A stretch of 64,000 nucleotides of DNA from Sphingomonadales bacterium (GTDB lineage Bacteria > Pseudomonadota > Alphaproteobacteria > Sphingomonadales > Sphingomonadaceae). The position numbers were made by a program, and so were the translations under genes. The stretch spans positions 45,212-109,211 of the forward strand of contig JAAFIB010000002.1 of NCBI GenBank assembly GCA_013297725.1, in the 5' to 3' direction. This document shows positions 38,640 through 49,058 of this stretch, piece after piece; the stretch's first letter is position 1, and every line of letters starts with the position of its first letter. The notes below the pieces were generated by a model. It was not told where the DNA came from. It worked only from the letters and a program-made list of their open reading frames with translations, and did no database searches.

Positions 38640-39427
38640 CCGAGACGGTACAGTTCCGAATCCAATTGCCCATCGGGCTGCGCGATATGTTCAAAACGCT
38701 TTGCCTGCGCAGCAACACCACGATGACCGACAAGATGATCAATCTGATCGAGCACGATGTTGCCGGATTGAGTAATACCCCTGCCCCACCGCAGCAGACC
38801 ATTACCGCGCTCAACGACGACCGGTTAATTGGACGTGTGGTCAGCGCCTGTGATCGCCTGAGCGAAACAGCGGCAGGTCTTGGCAATAGCCTGCACACAT
38901 CGTTCGATACGTTTGAGGCAAAACTTCTCCGTTCGATTCCCAAACCGCCGGACCTGCAAGAGCTTGCAGAGACACAGAGCGCCACTGCTGAAGCCGACCA
39001 AAAGCGGTTGCAACAGATTCTGGGCAAAGCCGATGTGCTGAACAAGGATATCATCGCGGCGGTCGAGCGCGGTCAACAGCAGATGCTTAAAGCTATCGCC
39101 AGCAAATTTAGTCTATATCAGGCAATCGGCGCTGGAACTCTCCTTGGGGTGCTGGCGTCAGCCTGTTTGCTTTGGGCGATCGGTGGCACCTCCCCTGCCC
39201 GTTCGCTTGCGATCAGGCTCACAGGCCAAGATGGCACTTGGAATGCTGCACTGTGGATTGCAGGGAACAGACAACCCAAGCGCACCGCTTTGCTCTCAGA
39301 AACGGCAGGCCTACTGCAAACCGCTGAGTTCCGCGAGAGCTATGGCCGATGCATTGAACGCGCAAAACGCACCAAACGCAATCTAAGCTGCACAGTTACC
39401 TTCCCTCTGCTTGAAGAAGTGCGTTGA
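38636..39427 (+). CDS. RHH + coiled-coil + TM mobilisation-associated protein (C-terminus DUF6118-like)
   Basis: N-terminal RHH-like 'QFRIQLPIGLRDMFK.LC...TMT', TM at about aa 188-205, C-terminal 'C-x12-C'; coupled to both neighbours. Confidence 0.55.
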   Translation: MTETVQFRIQLPIGLRDMFKTLCLRSNTTMTDKMINLIEHDVAGLSNTPAPPQQTITALNDDRLIGRVVSACDRLSETAAGLGNSLHTSFDTFEAKLLRSIPKPPDLQELAETQSATAEADQKRLQQILGKADVLNKDIIAAVERGQQQMLKAIASKFSLYQAIGAGTLLGVLASACLLWAIGGTSPARSLAIRLTGQDGTWNAALWIAGNRQPKRTALLSETAGLLQTAEFRESYGRCIERAKRTKRNLSCTVTFPLLEEVR

Positions 39428-39430
39428 GCA

Positions 39431-42399
39431 ATGGTTGTCTCGATCGCTAGCATTGGTTCAGCCAGCGGCGCAGCTGAATATTACAGTGCTGAGGAAGGCT
39501 ACTACACCAAAGAAGACAATGAGCATCTTGGCATCTGGGGCGGCGAGGCCGCAGCGCGATTGGGACTAACGGGCAGCGTCGAGCCTGTGCAGTTTGAGGA
39601 AGTGCTTAACGGCAAGCTCCCAAATGGTGCAACGGTTGCCAACAATGCTGGCGACCATCGGCCGGGTATCGACATCACATTCTCGGCACCTAAGGCCGTC
39701 TCGCTGCTTTCGCTGGTCGCGAAGGATGAACGCATTGGCCCTGCGCATATGGCAGCGGTCAAATCGACATTGGGTTGGGTCGAGCAGCGGCTGGCCGAAG
39801 CGCGGATATGGACCGATGGCAACCGCGCAGTGCCAACTGGCAATCTTGCTTATGCGCTGTTCGCCCATGACACAAACCGCAATCAGGATCCGCAGCTGCA
39901 TGTGCATGCGGTGATCCTCAATCTGACCCAGCGCGACGACGGCGCGTGGCGCGCTCTGCATAACGACAAGCTGTTCAAGGAGAACACCCTCATCGGCGCC
40001 GAGCTACGCGCAATCTGCAGAAGCTTGGCTATCAAACCGAGATCACCGGCAAGCATGGCAGCTTTGAGGTCAAGGGCATCGACCGCGACGTGTTGGATCA
40101 ATGGAGCAGCAGGCGCGGCGAGATATTGGCAAAGGCAGCCGAACTCGGCATCAAAACCCCGCAAGGCATGCGCGCGGTTGCCGAACGCACCCGCGATGCC
40201 AAGGAACATATCGATCCGGAACAGCTCGATGCCCATTGGCAAGCATTGGCACAGGAACGCGGGCTTGATCTTGCACCGTTGATCGAAGCTGCACGCGAAG
40301 CAACGCGGCCGCGCGGATTTATCGAGCAGGTCAAAGCCTGGGGTCAGGCTTTGCTCGACAAAGTTACGCATTACTTCGGTCCAAAGCCCGAACCGCTGAT
40401 GGCAGGAGCTGAGCCTGCAACACGCGGCGTAAATCTAGCGGCAGCTTATGCAGTGGCAGCGGGCGTGCGACACCTCGCCGAGCGTGAAGCGACCTTTGAG
40501 CCTAATATGCTGCTGCGCGCTTCGCTCAACATGGCCGAGCATGGCGCAACAGTCCGCGAGGTCGAAAGCCGTGTCGATAGGTTGGTCGAAGACAAGGTGC
40601 TGCTAACCGGCTCTATTAACGGTCGCGATCTTATGACCACACGCGATATCTTGAAGACCGAGACCGAGATGGTTGCTTATGTCAAAGCTGGCATAGGCAA
40701 TGCAGTTCCGCCGATACAGCCGGACATTGCAGAAGCCAGGCTTAACAATTCTGCAAATGAAGCCGGCATCAACCTGTCAGACGAACAGCGCAAAGCAGCG
40801 CTTGCAATCCTGTCGGGCGACAATCGCCTCCAGCTGATCCAAGGCGACGCAGGGACTGGCAAGACCACACTCTTTGCGTTGGCAAGCGAAGTTGCTACTC
40901 AATCCAACATTGAGATGCTGGCGATTACACCGCAAAACAAGCTTGCAAGCAAACTCAAAGAAACAACTGGCATGCGTGTGCAATCGGTCGAAGGCCTGTT
41001 GTCGCAGCACCGCTGGGCAACCGGCACGCCCAAATCCGATGGCATCGAGCGCGCAAGCGATGATCTGGGCGGCAAGATCCTGGTTGTCGATGAAGCCTCA
41101 ATGGTCTCGCACCGGCAAATGGTGGGGCTGTTACAGCTCGCCGAGCGCAGCGGGCTCGCCAAGCTGGTATTGGTCGGCGATATTAAGCAGATCGATCCGG
41201 TTGAGGCTGGCAGACCGTTCGCGCTGTTCCAGCGACAGCAAGCACCAACAACGCTTCTCAGCGAAAACCGCCGCCAGCGCGATCCCGATTTGCGCGATGC
41301 GGTCGCGGCGTTGAAGGATGGCGATGTACGCGGTGCGCTCGATCATCTGGGCGAGCGCGTCCGCGAGAGCAATGACCCGGCCAAGGCAGCGGCGAAGCAA
41401 TGGCTGGCACTTCCGGAAAGCGAACGCGAGCAAACGGCTCTGCTGACCTCAGGGCATAAGCTGCGGACAGAATTACTCGACCATGTCCGTGCAGGGCTTG
41501 TTGCCGTAGGCAAGCTCGGCCCCGACGCGCATATCCTCCACACGTTCGATAATCTGAACCTAACCACGCAGCAGCTCAAGCAGCTATCAAGCTATGCACC
41601 GGGGCAATTGCTGGAGGTGTTCCGCTACCAACCCAGCATCGATTTGGCGCCGGGGCGTTATGAGGTGCGCGGCATTGATCCGCACACGAAAGAAGTTGAG
41701 GTGGCCCGCGACGGCACCCGGCAGCGTTTCGATCCCGCGCATCTCTCAAGCAACGCCAAGGGGCTGGCACTAAAAGTGCCCAGCGAAATTGAAGTGCGCC
41801 AGGGCGACAAGCTGATCTGGACCACCAATGACAAAGCCAATGGTATCACCAACGGTACATTAACCGAGGTACGTCAGATCGACCAGCAGCGGATGACGCT
41901 AGAAAATGCCAATGGCGAATGGACCCTAGAAATGGGTGATCCGATGAGCCAAAACTTGGCCCATGGTCTTGTCCTCAACATGCACCGTGCGCAGGGCATG
42001 ACCTATGATAGCACCATCTCGGTCATCGACAGCAATGATCGGCTCTTAAACAGTGCGAGTCTGTTCTACGTCCTCAATAGCCGCGCCCGTGAGGACAGTG
42101 CGATTCATGTGGATGATAAAGTCGCTGTGGCGCGCAGCATCGAAGCACATCGCGGTGCGACGCCCAATGCGATGGATATCTGTCCAGAGCTGAGGATCGA
42201 TAGCGATCGCAACGTGCCCGGTAAGAACGGCATCGATATCCAGCTCGACACTGCGCTCACGCGCGCAGGCATAGAAATATCTGGACTGTCAAACCCTGTT
42301 GATCGGGTGAGTGTTGGGGATAGCGTTGCGAAAACCCCCGAACTCAAAATACTCGAGCCAGCACCAACCAAAACCTATGATTTTAATATGGATATGTAA
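39431..42399 (+). pseudogene. MOBF (TrwC/TraI-like) relaxase-helicase, frameshifted near 40010
   Basis: 'EYYSAEEGYY' tyrosines, HUH motif 'HDTNRNQDPQLHVH', helicase 'GDAGTGKTT', 'VDEASM', 'LVGD'. Split over two frames; frame 2 resumes at 40012 with 'NLQKLGY'. Confidence 0.88.
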
Positions 42400-42407
42400 G
42401 TGCGTCT

Positions 42408-42437
42408 TATGGCAGCTTTGTTGGACAGTCCGGAAAG
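42408..42437 (+). repeat. Module-junction motif, site A (relaxase | pilus)
   Basis: TATGGCAGCTTTG (42408-42420) and ACAGTCCGGAAAG (42425-42437), starting 8 bp after the relaxase stop. Confidence 0.5.
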
Positions 42438-42538
42438 TCCACTTTTACAGGCGAACGTGCAGTAAGCGGCGGTTCGTTCAGTTGCTGGTTCCGGTATTGC
42501 TCTATTGCGTCCTCGTTTGCCCATCTATTGGTTAAACT

Positions 42539-42847
42539 TCAAAATTGGTACCATACTATAGAGGCTCTGTTCAAAAAACGGGCTTTCATCCTCCCGAGCA
42601 ACCTCGATTGCTGCAACAAACGCTCATCGCTATCGCCATATTGCCGAACACGACTGGTGATAAAACGATAGCAATCATCATTTTGGAATAAGCAGTTACG
42701 AAACCTTTGCACCGCTTGGTACGACAGCTGACTAGGAAGCTGCGGTCGCAATTGTAAAATTGCACGAGTCGATTCGGTAGCAAATATAACTTTAGCTGTA
42801 TCAAATTCTGACGATTGATCTTTGATGCTATGAAAATTTAACTTCAT
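42539..42847 (-). CDS. Small AT-rich hypothetical ORF
   Basis: 102-aa ORF divergent from the pilus operon; no recognised motif. Confidence 0.35.
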   Translation of the reverse strand: MKLNFHSIKDQSSEFDTAKVIFATESTRAILQLRPQLPSQLSYQAVQRFRNCLFQNDDCYRFITSRVRQYGDSDERLLQQSRLLGRMKARFLNRASIVWYQF

Positions 42848-42880
42848 TTAAGCGCGTCTGAGCAGGAATTTTTGCTTACG

Positions 42881-43002
42881 ATCTTAAATTTAAGATATTG
42901 ATATATATAAATAAATTTAGAGACCTTAAAAGCCTCGATTGACAGTCAGAACTCTATCGAAAAAATAAGCCTTGAAAGATAACAGGGTTTACAAGATGTT
43001 AA
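42881..43002 (+). promoter_or_regulatory. AT-rich pilus control region with a 16-bp palindrome and a CtrA-like box
   Basis: ATCTTAAATTTAAGAT (42881-42896) is a perfect palindrome; TTTA-N7-TTAA at 42988-43002. Confidence 0.45.
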
Positions 43003-43121
43003 GAGTGTAACAAAAGTTACATGTCAGTTCGCTATCGAACTATCATCAAAAATATGGGTCGCAACATACTTTGATGACGGCATCTCACAAAGATGCAGTC
43101 TATAAAGAACAGGGATTTGTG

Positions 43122-43673
43122 ATGCGGGGCATATTACTATGCGCTGCATGGGTGGTGTTACTTATGGCGCCCGTTCATGCACGCGATGATGGCTACGGCC
43201 ATGGCAGAAGCGATGACGCCAAACTTGAGCTAAAAATAAAAGGGCGCATCTCGCCTAAATGCGAGATTGATCTGCCCAATCGCCGTGTTCAAAAAATTCT
43301 TACCGATGGTCCTGGTAGTGAGAGCATAGGCTTTCGTTTAAACTGCAACCAGCGATTGTCGGTTTCCATGACCTCGACCAATGGCGGATTTGAACATCCG
43401 ACCCGGGATCGTGATCAGGCCTTTGAAGGCTTTACCAATTTCTTGCCGTACCGCGCACAATTCAGCGTCAATGCGAGCAACGCTGTGCCGGTCACAGCCA
43501 ACAGCGTTTCGATGCTGGGCGGGGCTGGCGGCAGCATAGGAACAATCCCCTTTAACACCACCGGTACGCTCGAGCTCAGCTGGGCTCCTGAACTGCCGCT
43601 GCTTGGGGGAACCTATGAAGACACAATTGAAATCCGCGTTTCGGGCGCGGGTGAAAACGAGATTCCAAGGTGA
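43122..43673 (+). CDS. Csu/spore-coat-U-like minor pilin
   Basis: Signal peptide, Cys pair ('PKCEI', 'LNCNQ'), C-terminal 'GGTYEDTIEIRVS' strand. Confidence 0.75.
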   Translation: MRGILLCAAWVVLLMAPVHARDDGYGHGRSDDAKLELKIKGRISPKCEIDLPNRRVQKILTDGPGSESIGFRLNCNQRLSVSMTSTNGGFEHPTRDRDQAFEGFTNFLPYRAQFSVNASNAVPVTANSVSMLGGAGGSIGTIPFNTTGTLELSWAPELPLLGGTYEDTIEIRVSGAGENEIPR

Positions 43674-43757
43674 ATAGCCTTGAGAATATCAGTGCGGACA
43701 ATGGGGTGCGCGCTGATGCTGGACATAACACTCTAGCGACCCATTAGGAGTAAAGTT

Positions 43758-44294
43758 ATGAAGAAGTTTGTTATTTTGGCAGCAATGGCTGCTGTTTCAA
43801 CACCTGCAATGGCTGCAACCGCTCAAGATCCGGTTGTTGTTTTTGAAGGCAAGCGTGCTCAAGTGTGTGAAGTCCGCAACTTTCAAAATACCGTCAATTT
43901 CGGCACATTGGATAATGTTGGCAACGGCGCAGCAGTTTCTGACACGATCAACCTGTTCTGCAATGTGCGTTTCACAGCCACCATCGAATCAGACAACGGC
44001 TTTTTGAAGCTTGATTCGCTTGTCGCTGCAGCATTGCCAACCAGCCAGTCGAATCACACAGCGCAGGGTTATTCAGGCTTTTCCTCGGCGCTTGATTATC
44101 AAGTGCAGACTGTACTTGGAAACGCCGACACAAGCTTGATTGGTGCTGACGTACCTGTAAATCTGGGCGGTATGCAAAACCCAATCAACACAAGCACAAC
44201 GATCACCTATGACACGCTGCCAGAATCGCAGCCACTGCTTGGTGGTACCTATGAGGATACACTTACCCTCAACGTAACCCCGATCGCTTTCTAA
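43758..44294 (+). CDS. Csu-type major pilin
   Basis: Strong AGGAG RBS, signal peptide, Cys pair ('QVCEV', 'LFCNV'), 'GGTYEDTLTLNVTPIAF'. Confidence 0.8.
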   Translation: MKKFVILAAMAAVSTPAMAATAQDPVVVFEGKRAQVCEVRNFQNTVNFGTLDNVGNGAAVSDTINLFCNVRFTATIESDNGFLKLDSLVAAALPTSQSNHTAQGYSGFSSALDYQVQTVLGNADTSLIGADVPVNLGGMQNPINTSTTITYDTLPESQPLLGGTYEDTLTLNVTPIAF

Positions 44295-44304
44295 GGCGAC
44301 ATAG

Positions 44305-44338
44305 GATGGGCCGGCACGGTGTAGCCGGCCGGCCCGTT
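44305..44338 (+). terminator. GC-rich stem-loop after the major pilin gene
   Basis: GGGCCGGC (44308-44315) pairs with GCCGGCCC (44328-44335); no U-tract. Confidence 0.55.
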
Positions 44339-44401
44339 CAATATTTCAAGTCGATAATATGCCGGTCCATGTGATCGGCGAAATGTGTTTCAGGGGGATT
44401 T

Positions 44402-45241
44402 ATGTTTCGAACCGTAGCCCGAAAAATGGCCTATGGCCTTGTGTGCGTATCAATGTTGATCGCGCCTCTTAACTCTGCTTTTGCAGGCGCCCTATCGGTC
44501 GAGCCGCTTTTCATTGAACTGGCCCCCGGCGCAAGCGGTGCGGTTCGTGTCCGCAACACATCCGACGCACCGATGACTGTGGAATTAACTGTCGATGAGC
44601 GTTCCATCGATGTTAACGGCAAACAAAGCCGGACCGATGCTGAAGAGGCATTTATCCTTTTTCCGCCGCAAGGCGTAATCGCACCACAGCAAGTGCAGAT
44701 TTTTCGTATCCAGCCGCTAACGAGTGATAGCGAGAAATCTCGATCCTATTTCTTGACTGTAAAGCAGCTGCCCGTAAAGCTTGCTCCGATTGAGGGCGGA
44801 GGGACGCGCCTTCAGGTTGTTTTTGCATTCGACGTTGCGGTGCACAACACCCCGCGTGGTTCAAAATCCAATATGCAATTTGTCAGTGCATCTCTTGACA
44901 CGACCCAAATTGAAAAGGCCCCTGCTGCTGATGCACCGCCACAGGCGCGGGATGCTCAAAAACCAACGCCAGAGTTTGAAACTATACCAGCCGTCGCCGT
45001 AAAAATCCGTAATGATGGCAATAAATATCTGTATCTTCACGAATATGATTATGTCGTGACCGGTATTGATGAAAATGGCGCGAAGGTTGAAATTCCGTCA
45101 TGGGATGAAAATGCGATCATCGACGCGGCTAAAGTTAGCCTTGTCCAACCAGGCGCCGAACGCATCTTTAAGCTACCCTTGCGCGGTCAACCTACGTTGA
45201 AAAGTGTTGATGTGCGAATCCGTCAGCGGGCCGGAACGTAA
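44402..45241 (+). CDS. Periplasmic pilus chaperone (PapD/CsuC-like)
   Basis: 'LSVEP...VRVRN', 'FPPQGVIAPQQVQIFRI', 'RSYFLTVKQLP', 'NDGNKY'. Confidence 0.85.
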   Translation: MFRTVARKMAYGLVCVSMLIAPLNSAFAGALSVEPLFIELAPGASGAVRVRNTSDAPMTVELTVDERSIDVNGKQSRTDAEEAFILFPPQGVIAPQQVQIFRIQPLTSDSEKSRSYFLTVKQLPVKLAPIEGGGTRLQVVFAFDVAVHNTPRGSKSNMQFVSASLDTTQIEKAPAADAPPQARDAQKPTPEFETIPAVAVKIRNDGNKYLYLHEYDYVVTGIDENGAKVEIPSWDENAIIDAAKVSLVQPGAERIFKLPLRGQPTLKSVDVRIRQRAGT

Positions 45242-45249
45242 GAAGTCAT

Positions 45250-47727
45250 ATGTTGACTATAGGTTCCAGTAGCTTGCTGCTATCTGCAGCGCCTGCCGCT
45301 TTTGTGGCGGCACAAGCGACACCTGTCGTGGAAGCCGATCTTCGGCCGGTTCGCGCTTTCGAAATAACATTGCCGGTAACACTCGACGAGCGATATCTGG
45401 GTGACTTGTCGGTTAAGGTCGAGGGTGATGCAATCAGCTTTGACGGCAACCGATTGGTCGAGGTGCTGCGATCTGATTTAACACCACCGGCTGTTGAAGC
45501 ACTAATCGCTCGCATCGTTGATGGACGTTTGACTCCAAAAAGTGCCACGACGCAGGATATTCTTGTTGAATATAATTCATCCCTGCAAGAAATTCGGGTG
45601 ACAACAGCGGTTTCCGCGCGGCAACGCCGGGTTATAGATTTCCGGGTATCGCCAAGCGAAGACAAATCTGATCTGTCCAAGCCATCCGGTTTCTCCGCCT
45701 TTCTGAATGCAGCGGCAAGCTATCAATATGTTTGGGAAAATCAGGTCGGTGGCAGCAAGGGCGAAACAGGTCGGCTACCGATTAGCGGAACATTGGAATT
45801 GGGTGGCCGAATAGCCGGAGAAAAAGGCATTGCCTTTATCAGCAGGCACAATTTTCAAGAGGGTCGTGGACGCTTTCTACAGCGGACCGAAACACAATTG
45901 ATTTATGATCGCCCGCAAGATTTGTTGCGCGTGACCGCAGGTGATCTGCGTTATCGCGGTGCAAACTTTCAGTCCCTGCCCCGACTGGCCGGCGTCACCG
46001 TTGAACGCTTTTTCGGTTTGGAGCCATCTCGGTTATTCAGGCCGATTGGACAGACAAGCTTTGAAATTGAGCGCCCATCGACCGTTGATGTTCGGATTAA
46101 TGGTGTCGTCTTAAGGCAATTACTGCTTCAAAGTGGTCGTTATGATCTGCGTGATTTTCCGCTGGTTCAGGGTGCGAACGATGTTGAACTTGTCGTTCGC
46201 GACGATACCGGACGCGAACAGATTATTTCGAATAGAAACTTCTTTGATTTCAACCTGCTGGAACCTGGCCTGACCGATTTCTCTGTCACTGCCGGGGTTC
46301 GTGCACGCAACGGCGGAAATGGCATTCGTTATAGCAATGATTATGCGCTTTCCGCCTTTGTACGTAGAGGGCTGTCCAATACACTGACAGCTGGCGCCGA
46401 CGTCCAGTTTGACAGGCAGGGAGTTACTGGCGGGGTTAGCGCTGTTTGGGCATCACCCATCGGAGTATTTCGCGTTGAAGGCGCTGGCAGCAAACGCAAC
46501 GACATCGGTTCGGGCTTTGCCGCAGACGTTGGCTATTCAATTGCCGGACGGTTGAACCAGAATAAATGGCGTTGGACGGCGCAGATCAACGGCCAAGTAC
46601 AATCTCGCCGTTTTGCCACCTTATCCGACATAGTCTTGCCCGACATCGGCGAATTGCGTCCCAACGCTTGGTCGGTGAATGGCAATTTCCAACTAAACAA
46701 CGCCAAATGGAACATCACGGCATCGGGCCAGATGGATAAAGGCCGTGGCACTTCTCCCGATCGCAAAAGCGCGCTTATCGGCGCAACCTATTCGCTTTCA
46801 CCGACGCTTTCCGTGGGCACCTTTGGTAGATATGCTGACAATGGCACACGCAAAGAAAAAGCAGCATTCCTGCAGCTGAATTGGCGACTTGGAAAGAACC
46901 AAAGCGTAAGGGCGTCCTATGACACAGGCGACCGCGAAGCGCAGCTGAATTATCGTTACTCGCCATCCGCTTCAGTCGGCGCGACACAGGCAGATTTTTC
47001 GATCAAGCGCGATGCGCGCAATAATGATTTGAACCTTACCGGCTCCGCCTTCCATACCGGCAACCGTTTTGAGGCAACGGCGCAGCACGATGTATTTACC
47101 ACGGCAAACTTCTCATCAGACCGGGTGCAAACGAGCCGCGCTTCTGTCGGAACAAGCTTAGTCTTTTCGGGCAATAAATTTGCGATGTCACGTCCCATCC
47201 GCGAGGGATTTGCCATTATCTATCCGCACAAGTCGCTCAAAGGCAAAACGATAAAGGTTGATCCAACGGATAATGGTCCGCGCGCACTAAGCGACGCCTT
47301 GGGACCGGCCGTTGTGCCTGATATATCAACCTATAGCCGTTCATCGTTGTATATCGAAATTGTTGATCTGCCTGCTGGCTACGACCTTGGTGCAGGGCAA
47401 TTCAGTCTGAAAGCTCCGTTATATTCGGCTTATAACTTGCAGGCTGGATCGGCCGCTTCGGTTACACTTTTGGGGAAAGTGGTTCGCGGACCTAAAAAAG
47501 AACCGGTCGTATTGATGGGCGGTAAACTAGAGTCATTGGACGGAACGTACGCTGAGCCGATTTCTGTGTTCACCAATCGTAGCGGTCGTTTGGCCGGAAC
47601 GGGATTGAAACCCGGAAAATACCGCCTGACCCTATTTACCGACCCAGCATATGTCACCGAAATCACCATAGAGGATGACGGCAAAAATCTGGTCGATATC
47701 GGCGAATTGAGGATAGAAGAGCCATGA
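45250..47727 (+). CDS. Outer-membrane fimbrial usher
   Basis: 825 aa; 'AGDL', 'LAGVTVER', 'PSTVDVRING...L.SGRYDLRD.PL..GANDVELVV.D.TGREQ'. Confidence 0.9.
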   Translation: MLTIGSSSLLLSAAPAAFVAAQATPVVEADLRPVRAFEITLPVTLDERYLGDLSVKVEGDAISFDGNRLVEVLRSDLTPPAVEALIARIVDGRLTPKSATTQDILVEYNSSLQEIRVTTAVSARQRRVIDFRVSPSEDKSDLSKPSGFSAFLNAAASYQYVWENQVGGSKGETGRLPISGTLELGGRIAGEKGIAFISRHNFQEGRGRFLQRTETQLIYDRPQDLLRVTAGDLRYRGANFQSLPRLAGVTVERFFGLEPSRLFRPIGQTSFEIERPSTVDVRINGVVLRQLLLQSGRYDLRDFPLVQGANDVELVVRDDTGREQIISNRNFFDFNLLEPGLTDFSVTAGVRARNGGNGIRYSNDYALSAFVRRGLSNTLTAGADVQFDRQGVTGGVSAVWASPIGVFRVEGAGSKRNDIGSGFAADVGYSIAGRLNQNKWRWTAQINGQVQSRRFATLSDIVLPDIGELRPNAWSVNGNFQLNNAKWNITASGQMDKGRGTSPDRKSALIGATYSLSPTLSVGTFGRYADNGTRKEKAAFLQLNWRLGKNQSVRASYDTGDREAQLNYRYSPSASVGATQADFSIKRDARNNDLNLTGSAFHTGNRFEATAQHDVFTTANFSSDRVQTSRASVGTSLVFSGNKFAMSRPIREGFAIIYPHKSLKGKTIKVDPTDNGPRALSDALGPAVVPDISTYSRSSLYIEIVDLPAGYDLGAGQFSLKAPLYSAYNLQAGSAASVTLLGKVVRGPKKEPVVLMGGKLESLDGTYAEPISVFTNRSGRLAGTGLKPGKYRLTLFTDPAYVTEITIEDDGKNLVDIGELRIEEP

Positions 47728-48614
47728 ACATATCAATAATTTCTCGCCTAATACTGGTCTTTACGATGACAGCTTTCATCACTTCATCGCCACTGGCGGC
47801 ACGTCCGAAAGATACAGCCTGTGATCTGGATATTCAGGAACTGGGTGAAGCGAAAATCAACCATTATGATGCACTTTCCGGGGGTGATTATCTTGAACCG
47901 ATCCGGCTGCGTTTGCGTAACAAAGGAGATGCAATCTGCATTGGTGTTCTAAAGATTACGCGCACAGCGTCATATCTACAGCTGGACGGACCCCAAAATT
48001 ACACGATGGACTACAGCATTATCGATCAAACCAATCTGGGCCAGATACTGCTTGATCCCATCTCTCAGCAGACACAGGAAGTTCCAATATCTGTGGGTCC
48101 GAACGCGACGCTGGATATCAACCCGCGCCTTTTTGTCCGCGGCGGGCAGCCCGGGCGCCAAGGACGCTATTTTGCGACATTGCGCGCGACCATAGATTTG
48201 GGAGGCAACCAAGATTCAGTCGAGACCGAATTCAATGTGTCGGCGCAAGTTCAGGCAAGAGCGCAGGCCAATTTTGTTGGTGGCCGCAATGCGACGTTAG
48301 ATTTAGGGGAGCTTGCCCCCAACGTGTCTGGCACAATAGCGATGCAGGTGCGATCAAGCGCCGACATTGACGTTGAAATCAGTTCGGAAAATGACGGCAG
48401 CCTGATCACCAGGCGCGGTCAATTCGAAATACCCTATTCGATGACAGTTGATGGCCGGACCGTCGATCTAGTCAACGGTACCCGCATCAACATGCTGATA
48501 CAAAACAGCATTAGGGGTCAGGCGTTACCAATCATTGTCACCGTTGGCGAATTCGCCAATGCGCCGGTGGGCGAATATGGCGACGTAGTAACGTTCCGGA
48601 TCAGCGCGCGCTGA
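47724..48614 (+). CDS. Two-domain tip adhesin / pilin (CsuE-like)
   Basis: Signal peptide, Cys pair in the N-domain, C-terminal 'GEYGDVVTFRISAR'; coupled to the usher. Confidence 0.7.
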   Translation: MNISIISRLILVFTMTAFITSSPLAARPKDTACDLDIQELGEAKINHYDALSGGDYLEPIRLRLRNKGDAICIGVLKITRTASYLQLDGPQNYTMDYSIIDQTNLGQILLDPISQQTQEVPISVGPNATLDINPRLFVRGGQPGRQGRYFATLRATIDLGGNQDSVETEFNVSAQVQARAQANFVGGRNATLDLGELAPNVSGTIAMQVRSSADIDVEISSENDGSLITRRGQFEIPYSMTVDGRTVDLVNGTRINMLIQNSIRGQALPIIVTVGEFANAPVGEYGDVVTFRISAR

Positions 48615-48626
48615 TCCGGAATGTGA

Positions 48627-49058
48627 TCAAAACGCGATTGGTGATATCGTAACAGTCAGGCTTGATCCGAACTGCTGCGCTTGAGCTTCGTTGACACCAG
48701 CCAAAACAACCTGATCCGCAGCGTTGGCGGTCGGGTTCGCAAGTGGTTTCAGCACAGTAGTATCCTGACCAAGCGAAACGGCTGAACCGCCAAACGACAA
48801 TTGTGCTGTCGCCTCTGGTGTACTGTGCGTTAGCGACAGCTGGAACCGCAAGTTGCAATATTGTTCGACGCTACCGAGTGAAAAGCTATCAGCCGATAGC
48901 CGGCTGAAAGATCCGCTGATCCCGGCTGAACAGTTCGTTGGAACTTGTGCCGAAATTCGAGTTTGATAAGACTTGGCCTGAGCAGGTGCGGCAGATAGAC
49001 CTGCAGCAGCAGTTGCTACAATTAATGAACAGCGAGCCAAATTCCAGATTGAACGCAT
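48627..49058 (-). CDS. Convergently transcribed pilin-like protein
   Basis: AAGGAG RBS, signal peptide, Cys pair ('TNCSAG', 'QYCNL'), ends 'LTVTISPIAF' like the major pilin. Confidence 0.7.
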   Translation of the reverse strand: MRSIWNLARCSLIVATAAAGLSAAPAQAKSYQTRISAQVPTNCSAGISGSFSRLSADSFSLGSVEQYCNLRFQLSLTHSTPEATAQLSFGGSAVSLGQDTTVLKPLANPTANAADQVVLAGVNEAQAQQFGSSLTVTISPIAF

